Part shown: piece after piece, positions 49,677 to 59,690 of the stretch
Numbering within the stretch: position 1 is the stretch's first letter
Layout of the letters: every line of letters begins with the position of its first letter
Origin: an uncultured candidate division Zixibacteria bacterium
GTDB taxonomy: Bacteria > Zixibacteria > MSB-5A5 > GN15 > FEB-12
Assembly (NCBI GenBank): GCA_963664195.1
Contig: OY760907.1
Location: 1,024,001-1,088,000 of the forward strand
Direction of reading: 5' to 3'
Length of the DNA: 64,000 bases
The notes under the pieces: model-generated
What the model was told of the DNA's origin: nothing
Database searches by the model: none
The model's input: only the letters and a program-made list of their open reading frames with translations
Position numbers and translations under genes: made by a program

Positions 49677-50052
49677 CCTTTCAGACAATTCCGATGAAAA
49701 CGTTAACACTGCAGCCTACAATAGGATAGCAGCAGAATAATCGTAACACCTGTTGTTGTGATCCACTATCAAGATAGGTTTCCTCTCCGCCCTTGACAAG
49801 GTTTTTTGCTGACCTGCATCACAGATCCGACTGAGACCGCAATCCGGCCCCTGTCATTATACACGCGTCGGTTTCAAGCCTGTTTGCCCGACCGTTCTCG
49901 CACCAGTCTTTCACGGGCACCCTCCCGGGTGCAGCGCATGCTTGGGGCTCGCGGCACGGTCCTTCCCCCCCAAACCGATACTCCTTGCCCCCTCAGGCAA
50001 AAACCGTTATCCTCCCTCGACCCTAAACCCGTAACCGTAGCACGTGTGACCC

Positions 50053-52554
50053 ATGAGAGAACGCCTCGAACAGACATTGTTCCCCTATGTCATTAAACCG
50101 GGTCGATATACCGGCGGGGAACCGGGCCAGATCGTCAAAGACCCTTCCGGTCGACTGAAATATCTCCATATCTACCCCGACAAATACGAAATCGGGCAGT
50201 CATACGTCGGCCTACAGACGCTCTATCATATCGTCAACGCAGACGACCGTTTCCTCTGCGAACGTGCCTATGCACCGGATGTCGACGCCGAAATACTCAT
50301 GCGCGAACGGGATATCCCGCTGTTCTCCCTGGAAAGCTCTCGCCCCGCAAAAGAGTTCGACGCTATCGGGTTTACGCTCGTCGACGAAACCGTGTTCACC
50401 AACATGCTCGGCATGATCGACCTGGCCGGTATCCCCATCCGGTCAGAGAAGCGGGACGACTCCGACCCGATAATCATGGCCGGCGGACCCGCCGTCTACA
50501 ATCCGGAGCCGATTGCGCCGTTTGTCGACGTCTTTTTCATCGGCGATGCCGAAGACGGTCTCCCGGAGATGCTGGGGATTCTGCACGACCTGAAAGACGC
50601 TTCCCGCGAGGACAAACTCAAGGCGCTCGCCAAAGTAGAATCCGTATATATTCCGAGATACTATGACAACGAGGCCCGCCCGCTGGTTGATTTCGCCCCC
50701 GAAGTCATCCAGGCCAGGGCTGTCAGCGAGTTGAAACCATCGGGTTACCCCGAACAGCCGATTGTGCCGCTGGTTGATACCGTGCACAATCATCTCGCGG
50801 TAGAAATCATGCGCGGCTGTCCGCAGGGTTGCCGGTTCTGCTTTGCGGGTCCCATCTACCGACCCGTTCGCCCACGCTCGGTGGCCGATATTGCACGCCA
50901 GATTGATACCCAGATTCAGAGCACCGGCTACCATGAAGTCACCCTGTTGTCGTTGTCGTCGACCGACTACCCCGATGTCGAGGAACTCGTCAGCACGCTG
51001 ACGCGACGTCTGGAACCGATGGGCGTATCGATCTCGTTGCCGTCGCTGAGACCGGGCAGCATTAGCCCGCGCTTGCTGGACAAGCTCAAGAAGGTCCGCA
51101 GATCCGGTCTGACAATCGCCCCCGAAGCGGGCACCGAACGGCTTCGCCTCTTCATCCGCAAGGATTTCCCGGACGCCGCCATATACGATACCGCCCGCCT
51201 CGCCTTCTCCAAGGGCTGGACGACGCTGAAGTTGTACTTCATGGTGGGACTGCCAACCGAGACAGAAGAAGACCTGCTCGGCATATGCAAAGTCTGTCGA
51301 AACGTTCTGCAGATCAGCAAGGAGTACACTAACCGTGCAACGGTTAATGTCACCCTCTCCCCGTTCGTCCCCAAAGCACATACGCCGTTCCAGTGGGACG
51401 AAGCGGTGAATCAGGAAGAAGTGTTCGAGAAGATCAAGTATGTCAAGCGGAACACTCGCGGCGGACACATCAATTTCAAACACAACGACACCAAGCTGGC
51501 GATGCTCGTTTGTATCCTCGGGCGCGGCGGTCGTGAAATCGCCGACATCATCGAAGAAGCGGTGGCGAGGGGCTGTCGATTCGATAGTTGGAGCGAGCAT
51601 TTCCAATTCGACGTCTGGATGGAATTGTTTGCCAAGCACAATATCGACATCGGCACCCGGTTGAAACCGATACCGTTCACGGAACGTCTCCCCTGGTCGC
51701 ATATTCACAAACGGTCCTCGGTTGACCACCTGATGAAGGAACGCCAGAGGACGTCGCTGCAGTTGAAGGATTTCAAACCGCAGTATCGCGATGCAAACGA
51801 AAGTGTCTCCACCGGCGAGCCGCAGATGCAATTCGGTCGCGGCGCAAAGCGAGTCAAGGGGAGCGCCCAGGTGGCGCCGACCAAGAACCGTGTTCGCATC
51901 CGCTGGGGAAAATCGGCCCGATACCGGTACATGTCGCACCTTGAGAACCTTCGCCTGATGGAACGGTCGCTTCGTCGCGCCCGACTTCCGGTCTCCTACA
52001 GCCAGGGGCACAATCCGATCATGAAACTGTCGCTCGGTCCGCCGCTGACGCTCGGGTTTACTTCCGGGGCCGAGTATATTGATATCACGCTTGATTCCAT
52101 GCTCATGCCGTATATGCTGGAGGATTTCCGCAAAGTTCTTCCGCCGGGTATAGAAATGATCGAAGCAAAGTCTGTTCTGGGCAAAAAGACCTCCCTCAAC
52201 GCGGCGCTGAACCGTGCTGAATACTCGGTGCCCACTTCGTGTTGGGAGAATGTCAAGAACCTTGATAAGAGCATCGCTGCAGTTCTCGAAGCATCCACGC
52301 TTGAGGTTGACCGGGAATCGAAGAAGGGCCTCAAGCAGGTTGATATCCGTCCTGCCATATATGATCTGCGTGTAGAGGCCGATACTTTGATTATGGTCCT
52401 TGGACTCGGCGAAGGGGGCTATGTCAAGCCGATAGAGGTCGCCGGATTCCTCAAGCATGGATTGACCACCGACGCGGTCGCGCTTCCGTTCCATCGGAAA
52501 GACGTGTATCGCGTTGACGACGACGGCAACAAGATTAGCGCAATGGAACTTTAA
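50053..52554 (+). CDS. Radical SAM protein (B12-binding-like family) fused to a C-terminal radical-SAM-linked domain
   Basis: KPGRYTGGE, YPDKYEIG, RGCPQGCRFC (CxxxCxxC) and TIAPEAGTERLR. The second domain reads RYMSHLE...RRARLPVSYSQGHNP. Confidence 0.9.
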   Translation: MRERLEQTLFPYVIKPGRYTGGEPGQIVKDPSGRLKYLHIYPDKYEIGQSYVGLQTLYHIVNADDRFLCERAYAPDVDAEILMRERDIPLFSLESSRPAKEFDAIGFTLVDETVFTNMLGMIDLAGIPIRSEKRDDSDPIIMAGGPAVYNPEPIAPFVDVFFIGDAEDGLPEMLGILHDLKDASREDKLKALAKVESVYIPRYYDNEARPLVDFAPEVIQARAVSELKPSGYPEQPIVPLVDTVHNHLAVEIMRGCPQGCRFCFAGPIYRPVRPRSVADIARQIDTQIQSTGYHEVTLLSLSSTDYPDVEELVSTLTRRLEPMGVSISLPSLRPGSISPRLLDKLKKVRRSGLTIAPEAGTERLRLFIRKDFPDAAIYDTARLAFSKGWTTLKLYFMVGLPTETEEDLLGICKVCRNVLQISKEYTNRATVNVTLSPFVPKAHTPFQWDEAVNQEEVFEKIKYVKRNTRGGHINFKHNDTKLAMLVCILGRGGREIADIIEEAVARGCRFDSWSEHFQFDVWMELFAKHNIDIGTRLKPIPFTERLPWSHIHKRSSVDHLMKERQRTSLQLKDFKPQYRDANESVSTGEPQMQFGRGAKRVKGSAQVAPTKNRVRIRWGKSARYRYMSHLENLRLMERSLRRARLPVSYSQGHNPIMKLSLGPPLTLGFTSGAEYIDITLDSMLMPYMLEDFRKVLPPGIEMIEAKSVLGKKTSLNAALNRAEYSVPTSCWENVKNLDKSIAAVLEASTLEVDRESKKGLKQVDIRPAIYDLRVEADTLIMVLGLGEGGYVKPIEVAGFLKHGLTTDAVALPFHRKDVYRVDDDGNKISAMEL

Positions 52555-53925
52555 ATGGCCGACGGCACTGCACATAAGAAGACAGGCTCCAAGTTCGATC
52601 CGGTTCGCGCCGCTGCTGTGGAGGCAGTCATTCTGGTCGAACGCGGTCAGCAGACCGAGCACGCTATCAAGCAGGTTCTCAGCGGGAAAAACTTTCGCCC
52701 CATAGATGTCCGCTTCATATTGCAGTTGGTCAACGGGACAACCAAGCTGCGACGGCGGCTGGATCACGAGATCAAGTTCTTCCTCGCGCGCCCCTCGGTG
52801 CCCCTGTCGATTAAGCTGGCGAATATCCTGAGAGTTGGTTTCTTCCAAATCCTCTTTTGTGATAAAATCCCCGAAGCGGCGGCGGTTAACGAGTCCGTCA
52901 ATCTGGCTCGGCATTTCACCGATCAGAGGCAGGCGAAACTCGTCAATGCGGTCATGCGGTCGCGGTTGCGAGAACCGGAAAAGGTGCTGTTTGCTTCTCG
53001 CGAAGAAGACGCCGCGAGATATCTCGGGAACTTCCACAGCTACCCGGAATACTTCGTGCAATACTGCGTGAAGGAGTTTGGAGTCGAAAGAGCCGAGCAT
53101 CTTCTGGCGAATTACAACCGCCCGCCATTTGTAACCTATCGCGTCAACTACCTGAAGACCAAGCCGGACGATGTCGAAAAGCTGCTAATCGAACACGAAG
53201 TCCAGTACACTCGCGGCGAGTATCTCGATGAGTTTTTCCGTTTGGAGAATGCCGGTCTTCCGCTCGAGGATGAATTGATCAAAACCGGCAAGGTGTTCGT
53301 GCAGGATGAATCTTCCGGCCTTCCCGTGCGGCTGTTGAATCCGAGACCGGGAACGGAAATGATCGACCTGACCGCTGCTCCCGGTGGCAAAGCTACCTAC
53401 GCTGCGGTCCGCATGCGCAACAAGGGGCGTGTGACGGCGGTTGATAAATCACAGAAGCGACTGGAGCGGGTTGTCGAAAACGCCAATCGGTTGGGCATCT
53501 CGATTATCGCGCCGGTGGTGGGCGACATGGCTGAAATCTCCGACCGCCAGTTCGACCGCGTCCTGCTCGACCCGCCGTGCAGCGGATGGGGAGCCGCCCG
53601 TAAACACGCCGACCTTCGCTGGGCCAAAAGCGAAAAAGACATTGAGAATCTGGTTAAGATTCAGACCAAGATGATAGACCGCGCCTCGCGGCTGGTGAAG
53701 CCGGGCGGTGTAATGGTGTACTCGACCTGCACGGTTATGCGAGCGGAGAACGATCAGATTGTCGAGGAGTTTCTGGCACGCAACGACAAGTTTGAACTTG
53801 ATTCAGCGGCCCAGTTTTTCGATGAGTCCCTCGTGACCGAACGCGGTTTTGTGAAGACGTATCCGGAGTGTGACAACCTCGACGGTTCCTTCTGCGCCCG
53901 CCTGAAGCGGAAGCTGAATACCTAA
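52555..53925 (+). CDS. rsmB: 16S rRNA (cytosine-C5)-methyltransferase RsmB/Sun
   Basis: NusB-like N-terminus (AAVNESV...VNAVMR), VQDESS, AAPGGKA, LLDPPCSG and YSTCT motifs. Confidence 0.92.
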   Translation: MADGTAHKKTGSKFDPVRAAAVEAVILVERGQQTEHAIKQVLSGKNFRPIDVRFILQLVNGTTKLRRRLDHEIKFFLARPSVPLSIKLANILRVGFFQILFCDKIPEAAAVNESVNLARHFTDQRQAKLVNAVMRSRLREPEKVLFASREEDAARYLGNFHSYPEYFVQYCVKEFGVERAEHLLANYNRPPFVTYRVNYLKTKPDDVEKLLIEHEVQYTRGEYLDEFFRLENAGLPLEDELIKTGKVFVQDESSGLPVRLLNPRPGTEMIDLTAAPGGKATYAAVRMRNKGRVTAVDKSQKRLERVVENANRLGISIIAPVVGDMAEISDRQFDRVLLDPPCSGWGAARKHADLRWAKSEKDIENLVKIQTKMIDRASRLVKPGGVMVYSTCTVMRAENDQIVEEFLARNDKFELDSAAQFFDESLVTERGFVKTYPECDNLDGSFCARLKRKLNT

Positions 53926-54293
53926 AGCCCCATCGCCTCGCGCTCGGCGGCCTGGATGCGCTTCTTCTCTATCGCCGCCAGCGAATCCACGAACACCGTC
54001 ACCTGTTTTGCATACGACAAGTACCGCTCTGGATGTTTCTTATATCGGTCCAGATAGTCAAACATCGCCTCAGCCGTCAGACCTTCCGCCCGAAGAAGTG
54101 AATCACGAAACGCGAGAAACGCATCCGGCTCGCCGACGTATTTGGCTGTGCCCATCTCCACCTGAGCGGTAATGAGCGCCATGCGGGAATCTTCGGCAAG
54201 ATCGCGTTGCTCGGACCAGTTTTGCCATTTCATCCAGCCCAGCACGGCGAGACCGATGACAACAAACGGTAACAGTCGCTTAATCCAAAGCAA
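53922..54293 (-). CDS. Hypothetical membrane-anchored helical protein (start uncertain)
   Basis: TM helix followed by a protein-like helical sequence. Stop overlaps the rsmB stop, convergently. Confidence 0.55.
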   Translation of the reverse strand: MLWIKRLLPFVVIGLAVLGWMKWQNWSEQRDLAEDSRMALITAQVEMGTAKYVGEPDAFLAFRDSLLRAEGLTAEAMFDYLDRYKKHPERYLSYAKQVTVFVDSLAAIEKKRIQAAEREAMGL

Positions 54294-54370
54294 ATACTTC
54301 CAACTTTCGTTTGCACTGCGGCGTAGAAACGCTAAATTACGCCCCGGAAAAACCCCGGTCAAGGATTGAT

Positions 54371-55459
54371 ATGGAATTGAACTACCCTCTCGTGCGACGC
54401 AAGAGCCGCACGGTCAAAATACGCGATCTGATTATCGGCGGTGGTTTCCCAATCGCCATCCAGAGCATGACCACGGCTGACACTCGCGATGCAGCCGCTA
54501 CCGTCAAACAGTGCAACGACCTCTTTGATGCCGGCGCGGACATTGTCCGTCTTTCGGTGCTCAACCATAATGCCGGCAATGAGCTCAAGACGATCCGTGA
54601 GCAGGTCACCAAACCGCTCGTGGCTGATATTCATTTCCAGTACAAGCTGGCGCTCAAAGCCATCGAGGCCGGATTCGACAAGATCAGAATCAACCCCGGC
54701 AACATCGGCGCTGAGTGGAAAGTCAAAGAAGTAACTCAAGCCGCTAAGGACGCCGAGGTGCCCATAAGAATCGGCGTCAACTCCGGATCGCTGCCGAAAG
54801 ACCTGCTTGAGCAATACGGCCATGACGACCCGCGCGCGTTTGTCGAGGCGGCCGTGCGCGAAATCGAAGTACTCGAATCGATGGATTTTCAAGACATCGT
54901 CATCTCGGTCAAATCGACCAACACCAACACCGCCTTCTGGGCGTACACTATGCTCGCTGAACGGTGCGAATATCCGTTGCATTTAGGCATAACTGAAGCC
55001 GGCACGCTTGATACGGGCACGGTAAAGTCAGCGGTGGGGATCGGTGCCATGCTCATGACCGGCATCGGTGACACGATTCGAGTGTCGCTCACTGCCGACC
55101 CGATTCATGAAGTGCGTGTTGCCAAACAGATATTGACTTCGTGTGCGCTCAAGACTGACGGCGTCGAGGTCATCGCCTGTCCCACTTGCGGACGGTGCCA
55201 GATCGACATGATTCCGCTGGCTGAGTCAATCGAGAACAAGACGCGTCACATCAAGACGCCGTTGAAGGTGGCCGTCATGGGATGTGCGGTCAACGGTCCG
55301 GGCGAGGCAGCCGCGGCCGATGTGGGGATCGCGGGCGGCGACGGCAAGGGGATGCTCATCAAAAAGGGTGAGATAGTCAAGATGACAACCGAGGCGGAGC
55401 TTGAAGAAACGTTGCTCAAGGAAATCGAAGAGATGACCGGCGAGAAGATCAATCGGTAG
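54371..55459 (+). CDS. ispG: 4-hydroxy-3-methylbut-2-en-1-yl diphosphate synthase
   Basis: IQSMT, PLVADIHF, RINPGNIG, RIGVNSGSL, PLHLGITEAG, GDTIRVSL, CPTCGR and MGCAVNGPGEA motifs. Confidence 0.97.
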   Translation: MELNYPLVRRKSRTVKIRDLIIGGGFPIAIQSMTTADTRDAAATVKQCNDLFDAGADIVRLSVLNHNAGNELKTIREQVTKPLVADIHFQYKLALKAIEAGFDKIRINPGNIGAEWKVKEVTQAAKDAEVPIRIGVNSGSLPKDLLEQYGHDDPRAFVEAAVREIEVLESMDFQDIVISVKSTNTNTAFWAYTMLAERCEYPLHLGITEAGTLDTGTVKSAVGIGAMLMTGIGDTIRVSLTADPIHEVRVAKQILTSCALKTDGVEVIACPTCGRCQIDMIPLAESIENKTRHIKTPLKVAVMGCAVNGPGEAAAADVGIAGGDGKGMLIKKGEIVKMTTEAELEETLLKEIEEMTGEKINR

Positions 55460-55812
55460 TGGGTCCCAGCCCAAACATATTGGGTGGTCGAAACCCGGCG
55501 AGTCGGTGATAATCTGGCCCGGTCTGACATGTATCGCAAATGCGGCGTTTCAACGGGCACACTCCCGTGTGCCGCGCACGGGAACGCACAGCCTTTTCGC
55601 ATTGTGCGCGACCGTAGACTCCTCTCTTGTAGGTCGTTGTCCCGAGGCGCGCATACCATGTGCGCTGAGAAACCCGACATCTTCTTCTGAAACCCGATAG
55701 CCACAGCTTGCTGTGGGTTCTGTACATACAAGCTGAGCTTTAAGAGTGCGTCGAAACTGCTGGAGTTTCGACCTACGATGACTGATAAGTCACACTGAGC
55801 CTGTCGAAGTGT
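55457..55812. repeat. Intergenic mosaic of REP-like palindromes
   Basis: ggcacactcccgtgtgcc; gtaggtcg...cccgac; ccacagcttgctgtgg; gtcgaaactgctggagtttcgacctac at 55750-55776; gtcacactgagcctgtcgaagtgt at 55789-55812. Confidence 0.65.
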
Positions 55813-55819
55813 CCACCGA

Positions 55820-55856
55820 GAAGAAAAAGCCGCGCCGGATTTCTCCAGCGCGGCTT
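55820..55856 (-). terminator. Intrinsic terminator of the cytochrome-porin operon
   Basis: The minus strand reads AAGCCGCGCTGGAGAAATCCGGCGCGGCTTTTTCTTC. Confidence 0.75.
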
Positions 55857-55882
55857 GGCTTTAACCGATACTCCAGTTTCAA

Positions 55883-58072
55883 TTAGAAATCGAACCGGAA
55901 TCCGGTACGGACGAAAAACACCGAACCGTCTTCGATGCCGTACACATAACCGGCATCGTCGGTCATGTCGGCATAGTCGGCGTCGGCCGTCCACGTAAGT
56001 CCTTCACTCAACGTGTACTCTACACCGCCTGCGATGTGCATGATGGTGTAGTCGAGATCGGAATACGTGTGCATCTCGCCGAACGTGAAGTCCGAGTGTG
56101 TCAGGTCCGGATCACCCTGCGTGTCTATCACACGACTCGACACATCCGGCATGATGACCTGTTCGTACTCTGAGGTTGAGGTATTGAATGACAGGGAGCC
56201 GGAAACGAACAGCTTTTCGGTGGCCTGCCCGCCAACGTTGAGATACAGATTGATCGCTTTGGTTTCGTAGTCAGCCATGGTGTACATGGAACCATAATGT
56301 CTCGCGTTGCCACTCACGGTGTCAACATAGATATGGCCCGCTCAGCCGTCGAAGAGTGCCACTGTCACCGGCCCTCTCGATTTGTTGTAATAGTAATTGA
56401 AACCAGCGCTCACGGTCCAACGCGGATCGGGCATGAAGTTCACCGCCAGATTGGGAACCATCGTGGTGTGCTTCACATCCAGCGAGTCCAGATCGCTGTT
56501 CTTATCAAGCACAAACTTGGCTCCCATATTCAGGTTGACCTTGTTAGTCGGCCTGTAGCTTGAGGTCCAGTTGATTTCGTGCTTGATTGTCGGCTCGGTC
56601 GAAATGCTCTGATACCGAATACCCTCGCGCTGGTAATAGAAGTACGAGTTGGAGGCGGCGGTACCGATACGAGTCAAAGAATCAATCCCGGGGTACTCGA
56701 ACAGACCCCTCGGCGAAGTAAACGGGTTCGAGGTCTTCTCAAGCCGGTACTTGAGCCGTGAGGAGTATCTCAGTCCCTTGCGGTAGTTCAGTTTTGCCTG
56801 ACCGATGAAACGAGTAGTCGCCTCCTCATTGTCCAGGGTCGGAAAACCATATCGGTCGATCCGTTGGAATCCGGCCAGCACAGAAACCGTAGCCTTTGGA
56901 TTTACACGATGAATAACCTCAACCGTTGCCTTACCGTCGGCACGGTCAAGGGCTGAATACCGGACAAAATCGAAATCGACCGCAGCCGGTGCCGGACGTC
57001 CTTCACGAAAAGAGGCCACATCGACAAGAGCCTCGTCGGATTTGATTCTGGTGCCGGCCACTTTGGCTACCAACCGCGTCTTGGGCGACATCGGATATGC
57101 GAAGCTGGCCACACCGGCCCAGGTATTTGAAACCAGGAAAGTGTGCTTATTCTTCGCCTGACTGTAGGTTAACGCGCCGGCAAACCGTCCCTTGCCGGCA
57201 TCCCCTTTGATTCTCACTTTGTGAGACATCTTTGCAGTTTTGGGCTTTGCAGAATAAGTCAGCGTTGCGTCGCTGTAGTTCTGACGAGAGCTGAACTCGG
57301 CGCCCGATCCGCCGTTGACCGGATGTTTGGCCGGATCATAATAGGCTGTCGGATCCAGGGAGTTGGACTGATACAGCCTGTAGCCGAACTTATAGCCGAA
57401 ATCGAGATTTCCGGCTTCGGCGTTGATACCGGCCTCTATCTGATGCTGTCCTTCGTCAACCTCACGACCCTTGGAGGTCAAATGACAACTGAAGCAATGG
57501 TTGCTCGCTATTGCCTGCGCATGACCCTTTTTCAGGATCGAGCGGTGGGCAACCTCCAATCGGACATTGTGCTCCCGTGACAACAGCGCCGACACTTTGC
57601 TCAGAATCTCGGTGCGGTGGTATTCGTAGTCCGCGTCGGGATCCTGAATATCGTGCGTTATTGTTTTGCCGCCGGGGTTCGTTCCCAGCCACTCTCGCGT
57701 CTCGAGGTTTTCCAGCATGTCCTGCCCCATATTCCTCGTCATCGAACGATACTGGAAATCGGCCTTGAACAGATCACCGGCGACTATGCCGGCTTTACCA
57801 AACGCATCATCCTTGTCGAAGTAGTGTCCATCGATAGTGAAAATGCTGTTCGGCCGCAGGGCCATATAGCTGAATTTGAAGTCCGGAATCACCTGCTCCT
57901 GGCGAAGCTGGCGATACTCACCGACTTTCTTGGCATAGCCGGACGTGTCGGTGTATTTCAGACCGGTCCAGATACTGTACCGGTCGACAGTCTCCTCGTT
58001 TTCATTCGCGAACACAGACGCCGCGAGCAAAAGCAGAAGGCTGATACCGATGATAATTATCTTATGTTTCAT
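55883..58072 (-). CDS. MtrB/PioB-like outer-membrane beta-barrel with one CXXCH motif and a probable selenocysteine (UGA at 56342-56344, codon 577 of 729)
   Basis: The track ORFs 56342-58168 and 55883-56317 share a frame and are separated only by one TGA (...VALFDG-U-AGHIYVDTVSGNARHY...). Signal peptide MKHKIII..., CFSCH motif, C-terminal GFRFDF and a hairpin right after the UGA. Confidence 0.8.
56288..56341 (-). promoter_or_regulatory. Candidate SECIS element in the porin gene
   Basis: After the UGA: CCAUA-UCU-..-GUUG-A-CAC[CGUGA]GUG-G-CAAC-..-AGA-..-UAUGG. The apical loop starts at +24 with G at the second loop position. Confidence 0.7.
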
Positions 58073-58083
58073 CACCTTCTCCT

Positions 58084-59034
58084 TTATCTCGTCAGCGCAC
58101 GACCACCGGTAGAGGCGGCCTGCGACGGCAGGTCTGATCCGTGAACGGATGAATGGCACTGGGTGCACTTGGTCAACATCGCCCGCTTGAAACCGTCAGG
58201 CGTTGAGACTCCCGCGCGCTCCGGGGCCTGCGGGGTTGTGAAGTCACCATCGACCCCTTCGACCGTGGCATGGAAGTGCATCGCATGGCAGTTCAGGCAC
58301 AGTGCCGGTTCGTTTTGTTTCAAGAGCTTGTCCGCCACCGAACCGTGAGGCGTATGACAAATCATACAGTCCTCCATGACCGGAGCGTGCTCATATACAA
58401 ACGGTCCCTCAACATCGGCGTGACACGAGAAGCAAAGCTCGCGTCCCGTGTTATCCATTGTCAGGGCCGTCTGTCCGCCGTGCACGTTGTGGCAGTCTTT
58501 GCACTCGAGCGCGCCCTCACCGATCGGGTGGTGCGACGGCATGAACTGGCTCGCGCGAACATCGGTATGACAATCGTAACACAGCTCGGGATTCTCTTTC
58601 TTGAGCGAGTGTGCCTCGCCGCTGTGCACGGTGTGACAGGACGAGCAATTGAGATCGGCCGAATTATGGTGCGAAAACGCCCAATCATCGAGCATGCTTT
58701 CCTTGTGGCAGGTCAAGCACATCTGCGAGCCGAACTGGTCCTGTTTGGCTGGGTTAATGATCTTAGCCGGATCGCCCTCTTCAATGTGAGCTACTGCTGA
58801 TCCATGACAGGATTCACAACTGAACTCCTCCAGGGCCGGCCGGTCACTCATGTACCGCCCGTGGGGAGTCAGGTGAAAATTCTCGACATTGTCATGGCAA
58901 TCGGCACAAACCTCATTAGCAACGTCCCCTGCCACAAGGGGCACCGGCGTTGCCAGCAGCAGCGCCATTAGCAGCGCACACCCGCAGGCAACCAGACAGG
59001 CCGACCCGGCCCTGTCATGTTTTGGCTTCCTCAT
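58084..59034 (-). CDS. DmsE/MtrA-family periplasmic decaheme c-type cytochrome
   Basis: Signal peptide and ten CXXCH motifs (CADCH, CESCH, CLTCH, CSSCH, CYDCH, CKDCH, CFSCH, CMICH, CLNCH, CTQCH). GPFVYEHAPV and HGSDLPS motifs. Confidence 0.93.
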   Translation of the reverse strand: MRKPKHDRAGSACLVACGCALLMALLLATPVPLVAGDVANEVCADCHDNVENFHLTPHGRYMSDRPALEEFSCESCHGSAVAHIEEGDPAKIINPAKQDQFGSQMCLTCHKESMLDDWAFSHHNSADLNCSSCHTVHSGEAHSLKKENPELCYDCHTDVRASQFMPSHHPIGEGALECKDCHNVHGGQTALTMDNTGRELCFSCHADVEGPFVYEHAPVMEDCMICHTPHGSVADKLLKQNEPALCLNCHAMHFHATVEGVDGDFTTPQAPERAGVSTPDGFKRAMLTKCTQCHSSVHGSDLPSQAASTGGRALTR

Positions 59035-59085
59035 GCCTCCTCCAATCCTGGTGGGCCGAAACCCTCCTGGTTATGTGAATAGCGA

Positions 59086-59670
59086 TTACGCTTTTAAACC
59101 CCTGGCGTAAATCGGTACATTATTGTCAATTACATCGGACGCTCTGTAGCTTCGTCCCTGGAGCCCCTTAAACAGGGTGCGACCCTGCGCACAATCAAAC
59201 ACCATCCCCACAAAGCAGCGGGCGGTAATTTCGTTGTTTTTCTCAAGGATGGTGCCCTGATGGCAAAGCCGGTTAAGCTGCTTGATGAGGAACCTGACAT
59301 AGGTCCCTCGCACAATCTCAAACACATGTCTGGCCCGCTCATGACCGGCCAGAACCGAGTACAACAGCAACCGATACAGATCGGCGTTTTCGGAGTGGAA
59401 TTCAATCACGTGATACGCGATCCCGCTCAGAATCACTTCGATTTCGACCTCACCCTCGAGCTTTGCGAACAGATCGTCGCAGTTGATTCGCGCGCTCAGA
59501 GATTCGAGAACTTCGGAGAATAACGCTTCTTTGCTTGCGAAATGACGATAAATAGCCGGCTCAGTGATACCACAACCGTCAGCTAATTGCTTAACTGTGA
59601 CCTTGTCGTAGCCGTCCCTGCTGAACAGCTCTGTTGCCAGCTTGAGAATTTGGTCTTTACGTCGGGGCAT
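59086..59670 (-). CDS. TetR/AcrR-family transcriptional regulator
   Basis: ATELFSRDGYDKVTVKQLADGCGITEPAIYRHFASKE HTH. Confidence 0.92.
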   Translation of the reverse strand: MPRRKDQILKLATELFSRDGYDKVTVKQLADGCGITEPAIYRHFASKEALFSEVLESLSARINCDDLFAKLEGEVEIEVILSGIAYHVIEFHSENADLYRLLLYSVLAGHERARHVFEIVRGTYVRFLIKQLNRLCHQGTILEKNNEITARCFVGMVFDCAQGRTLFKGLQGRSYRASDVIDNNVPIYARGLKA

Positions 59671-59690
59671 CTGCTCCCACTCCAACCCTG

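Noticed and set aside
49700..50050. Possible ncRNA (6S-like) in the sigma / radical SAM intergenic region
   Set aside because: No convincing long irregular hairpin or conserved 6S motifs. The region is explainable as divergent promoters.
50443..53100. 885-aa minus-strand ORF
   Set aside because: Antisense shadow of the radical SAM and rsmB genes, with no domain signatures.
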